Shown: one piece after another, positions 48,093-56,919 of the stretch
Layout of the letters: every line of letters starts with the position of its first letter
How positions within the stretch are numbered: position 1 is the stretch's first letter
NCBI GenBank assembly: GCA_965200965.1
Contig: OZ241744.1
Location: forward strand, 64,001 to 128,000
Reading direction: 5' to 3'
Source of the DNA: an uncultured Candidatus Binatia bacterium
GTDB lineage: Bacteria; Desulfobacterota; Binatia; Bin18
DNA length: 64,000 nt
Position numbers and translations under genes: made by a program
Notes under the pieces: model-generated
Database searches by the model: none
Seen by the model: the letters and a program-made list of their open reading frames with translations, nothing else
Told to the model about the DNA's origin: nothing

Positions 48093-50285
48093 CTAGCCGG
48101 TCAGACGGCTGCCGAGTTGATACACCCCCAGGGCGGCCAGATAGGCCAGACTTGTCATATACACAAAGGTGAACACCGGATAGCCCCACGAATTGGTCTC
48201 CCGTTTGATCGTCGCCAGGGTGGCCCCGCACTGGCAGCACAGAGCAAAAAAGACCATAATCGACAGCGCCACCAGTGGCGTATAGACCGGCCGACCATCC
48301 GCTCGGCGCTCGGCCCGCATGGCTTCGCGCAGCTCAAGACTGGCTTCGTCCTGTTCGTCGCCCAGGTTATAGATTGTACCCAGAGCGGCGATAATCACCT
48401 CACGGGCCGGAAAGCTGGCCAGAGTTGCCATGCCGATTTTCCAGTCCCAGCCGAGTGGCTCAACGAGTGGCTCAATCGCCCGCCCGGCCCGGCCCAAATA
48501 GCTCTGGCGCAGGCGCTCTCCGGCTTCTTCAACCGCTAAGCCCGCCCGCTCGGTGGCAGGGGCCGCTGCCCGCCGGGCGGCAAACTCCTGGCTGATCTGC
48601 TCGGAGTACGGGTAGTACGACAAGGCCCAGACCAGGATGGTAGTGGCCAGGATGATTGTGCCGGCCCGTTTCAGAAACGCCAGGCTGCGGTCGTACATAC
48701 GGAAGACCACCACGCGCCAAGCCGGAACCTTAAACGCCGGCAACTCCAGCAGAAAGGGGACGGGTTCGCCGGCTAAGATCGTCCGCTTGAGCGCCAGCGC
48801 GATGGGCGGCGCGACAAGCAGCCCGACGAGGTACATGGCAAACAGGGTCAGCCCCTGAAGCCCGACAACACCCCACACGGTCTGGGCCGGGATAAAGGCC
48901 GAGATCAGCAGCACATAGACCGGCAGGCGTGCACTACAGCTCATCAGCGGGGCAATGAGAATGGTGGCGATGCGGTCACGCTGATTCTCGATCGTGCGGG
49001 CCGACATGATGCCCGGCACGGCGCAGGCAAAGGAAGACAGTAGCGGGATGAAGCTCCGTCCCGACAGGCCGAAACCGGCCAGCAGGCGGTCCATCAGAAA
49101 CGCCGCCCGGGCCATATAGCCGGAGTCTTCGAGCAGGGCAAGGAGCCCGAAGAGAATAGCGATCTGCGGTACAAAGACGACCACCGCTCCGACCCCGCCG
49201 ATAAGGCCGTCAACCATCAGGCTCTGGACCGGCCCCTCGGGCAGAACACCCCCAACCCGGCTGCCGATGTCGGCGAACAGCCCATCAAGGGCGTCAATGG
49301 CCGGCACAGCCCAGGAAAAGATCGCCTGAAATGTCACCGCCATCGTCAGCAGGAAGATCACCGCGCCCCAGACCTTGTGCAGGACGAGGGCGTCGAGCCG
49401 GTCGCTCCAACTCGGCTGCGGGCTGCTCGGTGCGGCCGGTGGCTCACAGCCGGCCGCAACGGTCTGGGCAATCCACTCGTAGCGCCGCTCAACCTCAAGC
49501 TGCGGCAAGCGCAGCCCGGCCGCGGCCAGCCGGGTACGCGCGGCCTCGATTGCGGTTAGGGCAGGACTGTCCAACTCGCCCTCTATCAGCCCCCCGGCGT
49601 CAAGCAGGGCGCGTTCGAGAAAGACGGGGGGGACATGCTGCGGGGACAGGGTGGTGGCAAGCGCCTTGAGTTCGCGCTCGACAAGAGCCGGCAGGCGGAC
49701 CGGGCGCGACGGCCCGGACGGCACCGCGGCAGCAGTCCGAATCGCCCGGCGCAGCGTCACCAGCCCGCGGCGCTTTGCCGCGTGAACGGCAACAATCGGC
49801 ACGCCCAGGCGTCGCTCGAGTTTGGGTATATGAAGGCAGAGGCCCTGTTTGTCGGCCAGGTCGGTCATGGTCAGGGCAATGACCAGGGGTCGGCCGATAT
49901 CAATGACCTGGGTCGTCAGGTATAAGTTGCGGTCAAGATTGGTGGCATCAACCACACACACAATCACGTCCGGCTGGGCACCCCCCGTGCCACGGCCGAG
50001 CAGCACCGACACCGCGATCATTTCATCCGGGGTGCGGGCGGCCAGCGAGTAGGTACCGGGCAGGTCAACCACCAGAAAGCGATCGTGGTCTTCCCGGAAC
50101 TCGCCCAGGGCGCTCTCTACTGTGACGCCGGGATAATTACCGGTGTGCTGGCTCAGGCCGGTCAGGGCGTTGAACAGGGTGGTCTTGCCCGTGTTGGGGT
50201 TGCCGACCACGGCCACTCTGTAGCGGCGTCCGGTGTCGAGGGACGGGCCGACAGCCTCAGTCACCGGGGAAGGGAGGGGAACCAT
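48093..50285 (-). CDS. feoB: Ferrous iron transporter B
   Basis: GNPNTGKT, DLPGTYS, EDSGYMARAAF, CSARLP, gate domains. Confidence 0.95.
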   Translation of the reverse strand: MVPLPSPVTEAVGPSLDTGRRYRVAVVGNPNTGKTTLFNALTGLSQHTGNYPGVTVESALGEFREDHDRFLVVDLPGTYSLAARTPDEMIAVSVLLGRGTGGAQPDVIVCVVDATNLDRNLYLTTQVIDIGRPLVIALTMTDLADKQGLCLHIPKLERRLGVPIVAVHAAKRRGLVTLRRAIRTAAAVPSGPSRPVRLPALVERELKALATTLSPQHVPPVFLERALLDAGGLIEGELDSPALTAIEAARTRLAAAGLRLPQLEVERRYEWIAQTVAAGCEPPAAPSSPQPSWSDRLDALVLHKVWGAVIFLLTMAVTFQAIFSWAVPAIDALDGLFADIGSRVGGVLPEGPVQSLMVDGLIGGVGAVVVFVPQIAILFGLLALLEDSGYMARAAFLMDRLLAGFGLSGRSFIPLLSSFACAVPGIMSARTIENQRDRIATILIAPLMSCSARLPVYVLLISAFIPAQTVWGVVGLQGLTLFAMYLVGLLVAPPIALALKRTILAGEPVPFLLELPAFKVPAWRVVVFRMYDRSLAFLKRAGTIILATTILVWALSYYPYSEQISQEFAARRAAAPATERAGLAVEEAGERLRQSYLGRAGRAIEPLVEPLGWDWKIGMATLASFPAREVIIAALGTIYNLGDEQDEASLELREAMRAERRADGRPVYTPLVALSIMVFFALCCQCGATLATIKRETNSWGYPVFTFVYMTSLAYLAALGVYQLGSRLTG

Positions 50286-50294
50286 AGCGCATTT

Positions 50295-50537
50295 TTATGC
50301 GCTAGAGCCTGAAGAGGCAAGGAGGACACGCCCGGCCTCTTGACGCCGGAGGGCGAGCTGATAGCCGCGGATGCGGACCTGCATGGGATCACCCAGGGGG
50401 GCCAAGCGGATGACCTCAACCGTTTGGCCCGGGGTAAAGCCGAGTTCCGCCAGCCGGCGTGCTATGCCGTCCGTGCCATGAATGGCGTGGATCTGTCCAT
50501 GCTCGGAGGGGCCGAGTTCTGCCAGGGTTTTCTGCAT
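50295..50537 (-). CDS. feoA: Ferrous iron transport protein A
   Basis: RRLAELGFTPG, APLGDPM, LALRRQEA. Confidence 0.92.
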   Translation of the reverse strand: MQKTLAELGPSEHGQIHAIHGTDGIARRLAELGFTPGQTVEVIRLAPLGDPMQVRIRGYQLALRRQEAGRVLLASSGSSA

Positions 50538-50550
50538 CCTTGGGATAGTA

Positions 50551-50575
50551 GTGAAAGTGACTGTCAATTTTCAAC
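50551..50575. promoter_or_regulatory. Fur-like box upstream of feoA
   Basis: gtgaaagtgactgtcaattttcaac, an AT-rich imperfect palindrome similar to the other boxes. Confidence 0.65.
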
Positions 50576-50800
50576 GGTGGTCTATGACGAAGAAACGCCA
50601 TGTTCCAGGGAGCAGGAATGATGAAACTCCATATTGAAGCGACGAATCCGGGCTGGTGGCGCTCATCCGCTCCAGGATAGCGTGATATTCCTGCCAGCGG
50701 GCTGATCGCCTTTTTTCTGTCTCTTGAGGGGGCAAGCTGGACAGTCCGGGGTGGCCGTGGTAGGGGGAACGCTGGCAGCACAGGAAAGAGCATACTGGCT

Positions 50801-51136
50801 ATGACTCCTGACTCGTGGACCATCATCGGCACCGGGATTGTGATCCTGATAGCGATTGCAACTTCCAACCATCGTCTTCGCGCGGAAATGAAAGACCTGC
50901 GGGGCGAAATGAAAGACCTGCGCACGGAAGTCAAAGACCTGCGCACGGAAGTCAAAGACCTGCACGGACGGATGACTCGGCTGGAGGCGGACCTGCGGGA
51001 GCAGATGAGCGGTCTGGAGATGAAACTGGGCGAACGGATGACTCGGCTGGAGACGGAACTTCGGGAGCGGATGGCCAAGGTCGAAGGGCTGCTTGAAGGC
51101 TTGCGTGAGGCCGTTACCGGCCGCAAAGTTGCCTGA
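50801..51136 (+). CDS. Small TM-anchored coiled-coil protein with tandem repeats
   Basis: N-terminal TM helix; four E(M/V)KDL(R/H)x heptads (21-bp repeats), then four 11-aa repeats. Confidence 0.75.
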   Translation: MTPDSWTIIGTGIVILIAIATSNHRLRAEMKDLRGEMKDLRTEVKDLRTEVKDLHGRMTRLEADLREQMSGLEMKLGERMTRLETELRERMAKVEGLLEGLREAVTGRKVA

Positions 51137-51139
51137 TGG

Positions 51140-51600
51140 CAACATCCAGGCAGAGAATTTTGATGATTCGGCCTCGGTAGTGATTGGCGAGGCCATGCTG
51201 AGCATGAATGCTCAGGAGCAGAGGCGGCGCATCATGGCCGAGGCATTTCGGCTGCTTCGGCCCAGCGGCCGCCACGGCATTCACGAGTTGAACATCGTCC
51301 CTGACACGATGCCCCCGACCAGCACGAAGAGATCTGTGCAAGGCTGTCATCGGTCCTGCACATCGGAGCCCGGCCGCTGCCTGAGGCGGAATGGCGAGAG
51401 TTGCTTGAGGCGGTCGGCTTCACCGTCCGGCGCAGTGGCCATGCCCCGATGCTGTGAGGACCCTGGCGACTTGTCCGGGATGAGGGCGTGTGGGGGGCGC
51501 TGCGGTTGGTAAGAAATGTCCTCGGTGATACCCCGGTCCGACGGTGCGTGCTGGCCGTCCGCCGGATATGTCAGCAAGACCACCTCAGCACCGTTTTCCC
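51140..51600 (+). pseudogene. 3' fragment of a SAM-dependent methyltransferase, frameshifted
   Basis: SASVVIGEAMLSM...EAFRLLRPSGRHGIHEL; no SAM motif I and no start; breaks into several frames. Confidence 0.55.
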
Positions 51601-51714
51601 GGGTCAGGCACAAAAGTCCGGGTCAGAAGTGTATGCGGGAATTGCAACGGGCCGGGTAAGGAAGGGTGAGCTTCCCGGCTCACACCCTTTCCCGGCCGGT
51701 AACCGCATGACCGC

Positions 51715-52725
51715 TCAGCCGCAGGCGGTTTCGAGCAGTGCGGCGCACACCTGATAGGGGTCCATGTTGGCCGCGGGACGCCGGTCTTCCAGATACCCGC
51801 GGCCTTCATTGGCGGTGGCCATTGGAATCCGCACCGAGGCCCCACGGTCGCTGATGCCGTAGCGGAACTCATGGATGCTACAGGTTTCGTGCAGGCCGGT
51901 GAGGCGTTCTTCGTTATGCGCCCCATAGACCGTAATATGCTCCGCGTGCCTTTGTTCCAGCGCTTTGCAGGCCGCGGTGACCACCTCGAGGCCGCCGGCC
52001 GCGCGCATGGATTTGGTGCTGAAATTGGTATGCGCGCCGGCACCGTTCCAGTCGCCTTTGACCGGCTTGGGGTGGAGCGTAGCGTTGACGCCGGAATCTT
52101 CGGCAATGCGGTAGAGCAGCCAGCGGGCGATCCATAACTGGTCGGCTATCTCAGGCGCTCCTATGGGGCCGATCTGAAACTCCCACTGCCCGGGCATGAC
52201 CTCGGCATTGATGCCGGAGATGGCCAGCCCGGCTTCCAGACAGGCGTTCATGTGGCTCTCAACAATCTCGCGGCCAAAGACCTCATCGGCCCCGACCCCG
52301 CAGTAAAACGGCCCCTGGGGTGCGGGATAGCCACCCTCCGGCCAGCCGAGGGGTGAGCGCCCGCGGAAAAATGTATACTCCTGCTCAATACCGAACCAGG
52401 GGTCGTGGTCTTGATACTTGTCCTGAATCTCAACGAGGGGCGCGCGGGTGTTGGACTCATGCACCGAGCCGTCCGGCAGCCGGACCTCGTTCATCACCAG
52501 GATGTTCAGACCCCCACGGATGGGGTCAGGAACATAGTACACGGGCTTGAGCAGGCGGTCGCTGTTGTGCCCCTCGGCCTGCATGGTGCTGGAGCCGTCA
52601 AATCCCCACTGCGGAATATCTTCGAGACTGTTGACGGGTTTCTCAAGGATTTTTGTTTTTGAGCGGAGGGTGGCCGTTGGTTTGTTGCCGTCCATCCAGA
52701 TGTATTCGGCCTTGAGTTTCGTCAT
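51715..52725 (-). CDS. glnII: Glutamine synthetase type II
   Basis: MTKLKAEYIWMDG, WGFDGSST, NAEVMPGQWEFQIG, GDWNGAGAH, GYLEDRRPAAN; 336 aa; AAGGG RBS. Confidence 0.9.
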   Translation of the reverse strand: MTKLKAEYIWMDGNKPTATLRSKTKILEKPVNSLEDIPQWGFDGSSTMQAEGHNSDRLLKPVYYVPDPIRGGLNILVMNEVRLPDGSVHESNTRAPLVEIQDKYQDHDPWFGIEQEYTFFRGRSPLGWPEGGYPAPQGPFYCGVGADEVFGREIVESHMNACLEAGLAISGINAEVMPGQWEFQIGPIGAPEIADQLWIARWLLYRIAEDSGVNATLHPKPVKGDWNGAGAHTNFSTKSMRAAGGLEVVTAACKALEQRHAEHITVYGAHNEERLTGLHETCSIHEFRYGISDRGASVRIPMATANEGRGYLEDRRPAANMDPYQVCAALLETACG

Positions 52726-52959
52726 GGCGATTCCCCTTTCCTGAAGATGATTTCGCCGGGGCAGGCGGGGAGGGGGCAGTGCCCGGCTGCTCTGTCCCGA
52801 CACCACAGAATTGTAGCCAAGCCGGGGAGAAAGTTCAACGAGGGGGAACGCCCCGGGGCAATCAGGAGGGAGACCGCCCCGGGGCAAATGGCAGGAGCAC
52901 CGATTTTCTCCTGCCACACTGGTGTTCTGACTCACGGCCGGTGACGGTAATTGTTGTGT

Positions 52960-53125
52960 TCCGGGACGCTTGAAGGGCCAACTGGACAGTTCGCTCAGGG
53001 GCGCGAGCGCGTTCAACTCGCCGGTCGTCAGTTCAAGAACGATGTTGCCGATCTGAATGGAGGTGTTTCCCAGGGTAAACCCACAGGCTGAACGGCTGGC
53101 TGTGTGCCTTCCATACGGTGTCCAT
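52960..53125 (-). pseudogene. Frameshifted paralog of the small proteins at 54668-54859 and 58693-58908
   Basis: AGGAAG RBS + MDTVWKAHSQPFSLWVYP, frameshift near 53071, then GNTSIQIGNIVLELTTGELNALA; 3' end undefined. Confidence 0.45.
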
Positions 53126-53296
53126 AGCGGCTTCCTTTTCAGGTCAAAGGGACAACAGAGAAGAGTGCCCCAGGGGGCGGGGCAGGAACCCCCGGGGCGA
53201 CAGCGGGAAGGAGGGTTTCCCGCTGAAAGGTGTTGTGTGCGGTAGACTGAGAACCAGAAAAGAGCCTGTGAGGACACATTGTTTCACCATCCTTGC

Positions 53297-53324
53297 CGGC
53301 TCTAGGCTCAGGGCCGTTGACCTT
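53297..53324 (-). promoter_or_regulatory. 28-nt leader motif, copy D
   Basis: AAGGTCAACGGCCCTGAGCCTAGAGCCG; its AGAGCC pairs with the downstream GGCTCT-TTT (53258-53266). Confidence 0.65.
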
Positions 53325-53331
53325 TTTCTTA

Positions 53332-53358
53332 AGTTGAAATTGACTATCAATTTCAACT
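53332..53358. promoter_or_regulatory. Fur-like box overlapping a minus-strand promoter
   Basis: Palindrome agttgaaattga-cta-tcaatttcaact; TTGACG-17nt-TATTTT at 53388-53360. Confidence 0.75.
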
Positions 53359-53797
53359 AAAAATATGTCAGCTTTCTCGTCCCGTCAAGGGGGAAACGGG
53401 TCTTTTTGCAAAAAACTTTCCGACCCCGGTAATCCTAAAACGAAAAACACCAGTGCCAATCAGCCCGCCAAGGCCGGTGGCAAGAGTTTTTCTCCGCAGC
53501 CCAGCCCGAGCCGCAGCCCACTGAAGGCCACAAACAGATAACTGCCCAACTCGGCCACCGCGGAGCGCACCAAGCGCAGGGCTTCATTTTTTGCTTCCTC
53601 AAGACCGGGAAGGCCCTGTCAAGCAGGTGCAAGGTCTGGCTGATAACCCTGGCCCGATGGTGACGCTGGCCCCGCAGCAGTATGATGGCTTGGCGGCGCT
53701 CGCCTTTTTCCAGATGGGCCAGGGTCTGGACGATAACACCCTTGGACCGCTGTCGCCACCATTGCCGCAGCTTGACCAGGATGACGGCCAGCCTACC

Positions 53798-53825
53798 GGG
53801 CTCTAGGCTTGGGATCTCTGGCCGC
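53798..53825 (-). promoter_or_regulatory. 28-nt leader motif, copy C
   Basis: GCGGCCAGAGATCCCAAGCCTAGAGCCC, followed by TAGGCTGGCCG which can base-pair with it. Confidence 0.65.
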
Positions 53826-53840
53826 TTGAGTTTTCAGTTA

Positions 53841-53864
53841 GTTGAAATTGATTATCAATTTCAT
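53841..53864. promoter_or_regulatory. Fur-like box
   Basis: gttgaaattgattatcaatttcat; minus-strand TTGACA at 53892-53897. Confidence 0.75.
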
Positions 53865-53932
53865 AAATATCCTGCCCTCTTTTTCCCGGCCTGTCAACCG
53901 TCCCCTTAGAGAAAACGTCTCGGCCGGCCGTT

Positions 53933-54262
53933 TTATGAACGCTCGGCAGTCAGTGACACGCCGCTTTCCAGCACGACCGTATGGATCTCAAGGACATTGC
54001 TGCCGGCAAACATTTCGGCTGGCGGACGCCTGGAGTGTGCCTGGCGAAACGAGGCACTTTTGGTCCAGCGTTCAAAGTCGGCTTGGCTGCGCCAGTAGGT
54101 CTTGACCAGATAGTATTCGCCCTTGATGGGCCGCAGGACCTCGTTGCGGATGAACCCAGGCTCTTGGTCAATCAGACCGGCCCGGTTGCGGAAGCGTTCT
54201 TCAAACTCGGCTTCGTGGCCTTTGGCCACCGGGATGCGATTGGTGACAACAACCATGCTCAT
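53933..54262 (-). CDS. IsdG/HmoA-like heme-degrading monooxygenase (ABM fold)
   Basis: VVTNRI (Asn), FEERF, PGF, FERWTKSASFRQAH (Trp, His); iron-gene context. Confidence 0.8.
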   Translation of the reverse strand: MSMVVVTNRIPVAKGHEAEFEERFRNRAGLIDQEPGFIRNEVLRPIKGEYYLVKTYWRSQADFERWTKSASFRQAHSRRPPAEMFAGSNVLEIHTVVLESGVSLTAERS

Positions 54263-54299
54263 GCGGTGTACCTCCTGTGGGACGTGGTATGTAATGGAT

Positions 54300-54551
54300 A
54301 GAGTATGGGGCCCTGATACCCGGAACGCGGGCCAAGGTAATATCCAGGCTGCCCTGACTGAGAGCGATCATGCGCTCGGCCGGTCTGTCCAGGCTCATAT
54401 GCCGGCCGGCCCCATCCTGGACCGAAACCGGAAAATCCGCGGCCGTGGCCGCTTGCAGAACAAGCCAGCACAGCAGGACGACGCCAAGTCTGCACCAATA
54501 TGGCTGTCTTGCCCTTGTATACACTGGAAGATAACAGGGAAAGCGGGACAT
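54300..54551 (-). pseudogene. 5' remnant of an iron-complex/heme/cobalamin ABC substrate-binding protein
   Basis: Signal peptide then DFPVSVQDGAGRHMSLDRPAERMIALS; similarity stops abruptly. Confidence 0.6.
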
Positions 54552-54667
54552 CTGACACTGGCAGCCCATCCGCCAGCGATGGCAACACCTCTTTGGCGAT
54601 GTCCCGACTTTCCCTTTCTCCCCCGTCCAGACGGGGGAGAGCTGTGAGCGGGCCTCAGTGCCCGAGC

Positions 54668-54859
54668 TCAGACGCCGGATGTGGCTCCGCCAGGGATATC
54701 TCCTGGGTTGGCCGTATCGGTCAGCTTGGCCAAGACCAGAAATTCTTCTCGGGTCATTTTGACGCTCGCCCGTCCGACCACAAGATGAATACAGCCTTCC
54801 GGGCAGTGTGAGATGCCGATCTGCCTGTTGCCCGTGTGCCAAAAACCTGTCCTGTTCAC
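54668..54859 (-). CDS. Small hypothetical protein (CPxG family)
   Basis: AAGGAG RBS + GTG; HCPEGCIHLVVGRASVKMTREEFLVLA. Confidence 0.6.
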   Translation of the reverse strand: MNRTGFWHTGNRQIGISHCPEGCIHLVVGRASVKMTREEFLVLAKLTDTANPGDIPGGATSGV

Positions 54860-54936
54860 CCCGCTCTCCTTTCTGAGCACCAGGGCGCGTTTGCGCCTGT
54901 GGCATCGGCTGGGCCGGGATGGACAACGCCCACATG

Positions 54937-56811
54937 TCACAAAGACTCCAAAAAAATGATGAGCGCTTCCCGGTCTTCTCTGGGCATCACGCGCACAGCC
55001 TCACGCGCCCGGGCCGCTTCTCCGCCGTGCCACATGACCGCTTCCATGAGAGTACGCGCCCGGCCGTCGTGCAGGAACAAGGTATGGCCCTGGACCCGCA
55101 GGGTGAGGCCAATGCCCCATAGTGGTGGCGTCCGCCATTCGCGGCCGCTGGCCAGAAAGTCGGGCCGGCCGTCGGCTAGTCCTTCGCCCATGTCGTGGAG
55201 CAGCATGTCGGTATAGGGGTGAATCGTCTGGTGCGATACCTCCGGCACCCCGACTAAGACCCCTGTCCTCAGCGTTGGGGTATGGCAGGCCGCGCAGCCG
55301 GCCGCGGCAAATACCTCTTCGCCTCTGCGCACCTGCGGGTCATCCACCCTGCGCCGGGCCGGGACGGCCAGGGTTTGGACGTAGAACGTTGCCACGTCAA
55401 GGGTTTCCACGTCAATCTCAGGGTCGTCCGCCAAGCCGTCGTCCTGGAGTTGGCCAGTGGCGCTTTCGATCGGCAAGACCGGGTTGGTAATGCCGATGTC
55501 CTGCTGATAGGCGTTGAAGGTCTGCTGGAAGAGACTGGAATTATTGGCCTTCCAGCCAAAGCGGCCCAGCCGGGTTGCCCCCGAGGCAGTGTCCCAGACC
55601 ATATTCGGTCGGCCGGAAATCCCATCTCCATTGGCGTCAAACTCATCGGCCAGGGCCAGGATGGTCGCGCGGTCAAGGGCTTCCAGCAGGCCGCGCCCAA
55701 ACACCGGCAGGGCGGTGCGCGGTGAAGTCAGGACTTGGGCGGGGAGGGGGACAGCGGGGTTCTCAATAGTAAAATGCAGGGTCCGCAGCCGGATGCTTTC
55801 GCCATCGGCAAAAGTCTCAATGCGTTCGGTCTGGGTCATGCGCACATCCGCCTCTGGCAGGACGCCAAAGACGGCCCGATGTTGCAGCTGCGTCCCCATG
55901 CCCGGGACGGGGAGCGGGCCGCGGGTGACGGCATCCGCGCCTGGCACGCTGACCCGCAGAAAAATGGTGTCCAGCCGCTCGCCCTCTCGTGGCGGGCGAC
56001 CCCGGCCGTTTTTCGGATGACAGCTGGCACAGCCAGTATTATTGAAGATCGGCCCCAGGCCGCTGAAGACCGGAGCGGGGGCCGTCACAAAGGTGTCTCC
56101 AAAGGCGGCGTCGCCATCGAGATGTTTCTCCAGACGCGCCCCGACCAAGTTGGGGGCCGGCATTTCAAACGCCTGGCTGGTCGCGTCAAAAATCGTGGTC
56201 TCCCCACCCGCCAGGGCTGTGCTGCGGGCACCGACCGGAAGGCTGGCCGGCGCGGCCAGGATGACCGGGGATTGGGTGCTCAGGCTGTAGCCCAGGCGCA
56301 GATTAGCGCTGCTCGTGCCATGACGAGAGCGCACCTGTGCCCCAGACACCAGGAGTTCATTCCCCTCAATGACGGCGCTCGCCCGGCTGAGGTCGAGCTG
56401 CTCAATGAACTCCGCCCCGCCCGGCTTGACCACCCTGACCGGATGTTCCACGGTGACTGGTTCATCCCCTGCCGCCCTGACCTCCACCCCGATTGTGTGG
56501 ACGCCGGCATTGAGCAGGCCGTAATTGAACAGCAGTCCAAAGGCTGTTTTCAGCGGCGCGCCGGGAATAGCGTCCATCACGTCCTGGCGCGGACTACAGC
56601 ACGCGACAGGGCTGACAGGCTCGCCATTGATACGCAGCCTGACCGTAATGGGCGCGCCGGTATCGGAGAAAGCCCAGCCGGAAATGACGCTCAGCCCTGA
56701 TACGCTACCACCCTGGCCGGGATTCTCCAGGACAGCGGTGATGGTGGCCGGACTGACCGCCGGCCACAGCAGCAACACCCCTGCGATACACGCGCGATAC
56801 CATATTGACAT
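54937..56811 (-). CDS. Di-heme oxidoreductase family (DHOR/DUF1111) protein with extra N-terminal Ig-like domain
   Basis: GLGPIFNNTGCASCH, GRFGWKA, CAACH, WRTPPLWGIG, LHDGRAR. Confidence 0.88.
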   Translation of the reverse strand: MSIWYRACIAGVLLLWPAVSPATITAVLENPGQGGSVSGLSVISGWAFSDTGAPITVRLRINGEPVSPVACCSPRQDVMDAIPGAPLKTAFGLLFNYGLLNAGVHTIGVEVRAAGDEPVTVEHPVRVVKPGGAEFIEQLDLSRASAVIEGNELLVSGAQVRSRHGTSSANLRLGYSLSTQSPVILAAPASLPVGARSTALAGGETTIFDATSQAFEMPAPNLVGARLEKHLDGDAAFGDTFVTAPAPVFSGLGPIFNNTGCASCHPKNGRGRPPREGERLDTIFLRVSVPGADAVTRGPLPVPGMGTQLQHRAVFGVLPEADVRMTQTERIETFADGESIRLRTLHFTIENPAVPLPAQVLTSPRTALPVFGRGLLEALDRATILALADEFDANGDGISGRPNMVWDTASGATRLGRFGWKANNSSLFQQTFNAYQQDIGITNPVLPIESATGQLQDDGLADDPEIDVETLDVATFYVQTLAVPARRRVDDPQVRRGEEVFAAAGCAACHTPTLRTGVLVGVPEVSHQTIHPYTDMLLHDMGEGLADGRPDFLASGREWRTPPLWGIGLTLRVQGHTLFLHDGRARTLMEAVMWHGGEAARAREAVRVMPREDREALIIFLESL

Positions 56812-56919
56812 AGCTCTCCTCAATTTCGGCCTGAAGCAGTTTAGCTGGGAGGAGACCTGTCTTGTCGGGGATGGGCCGCTCAGGGCAGTCTCTCCCGCAT
56901 CCAGTCACACAGGGGCCGC

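Noticed and set aside
50884-50968. 21-bp repeats read as CRISPR or a regulatory array
   Set aside because: They are head-to-tail with no spacers and encode coiled-coil heptads.
51715-53277. 520-aa N-terminally extended glutamine synthetase
   Set aside because: GS similarity starts at Met 52725 with its own RBS; the upstream part spans leader hairpins and a frameshifted small gene.
53130-53300. Cobalamin or other known riboswitch in the structured leader
   Set aside because: Hairpins are present, but no B12-box or other aptamer consensus that I recognise.
53435-53790. Remnant of a P1B-type ATPase C-terminus
   Set aside because: Only a faint resemblance (AELGSYLFVAFSGLRL) across broken frames; not supportable without a search.
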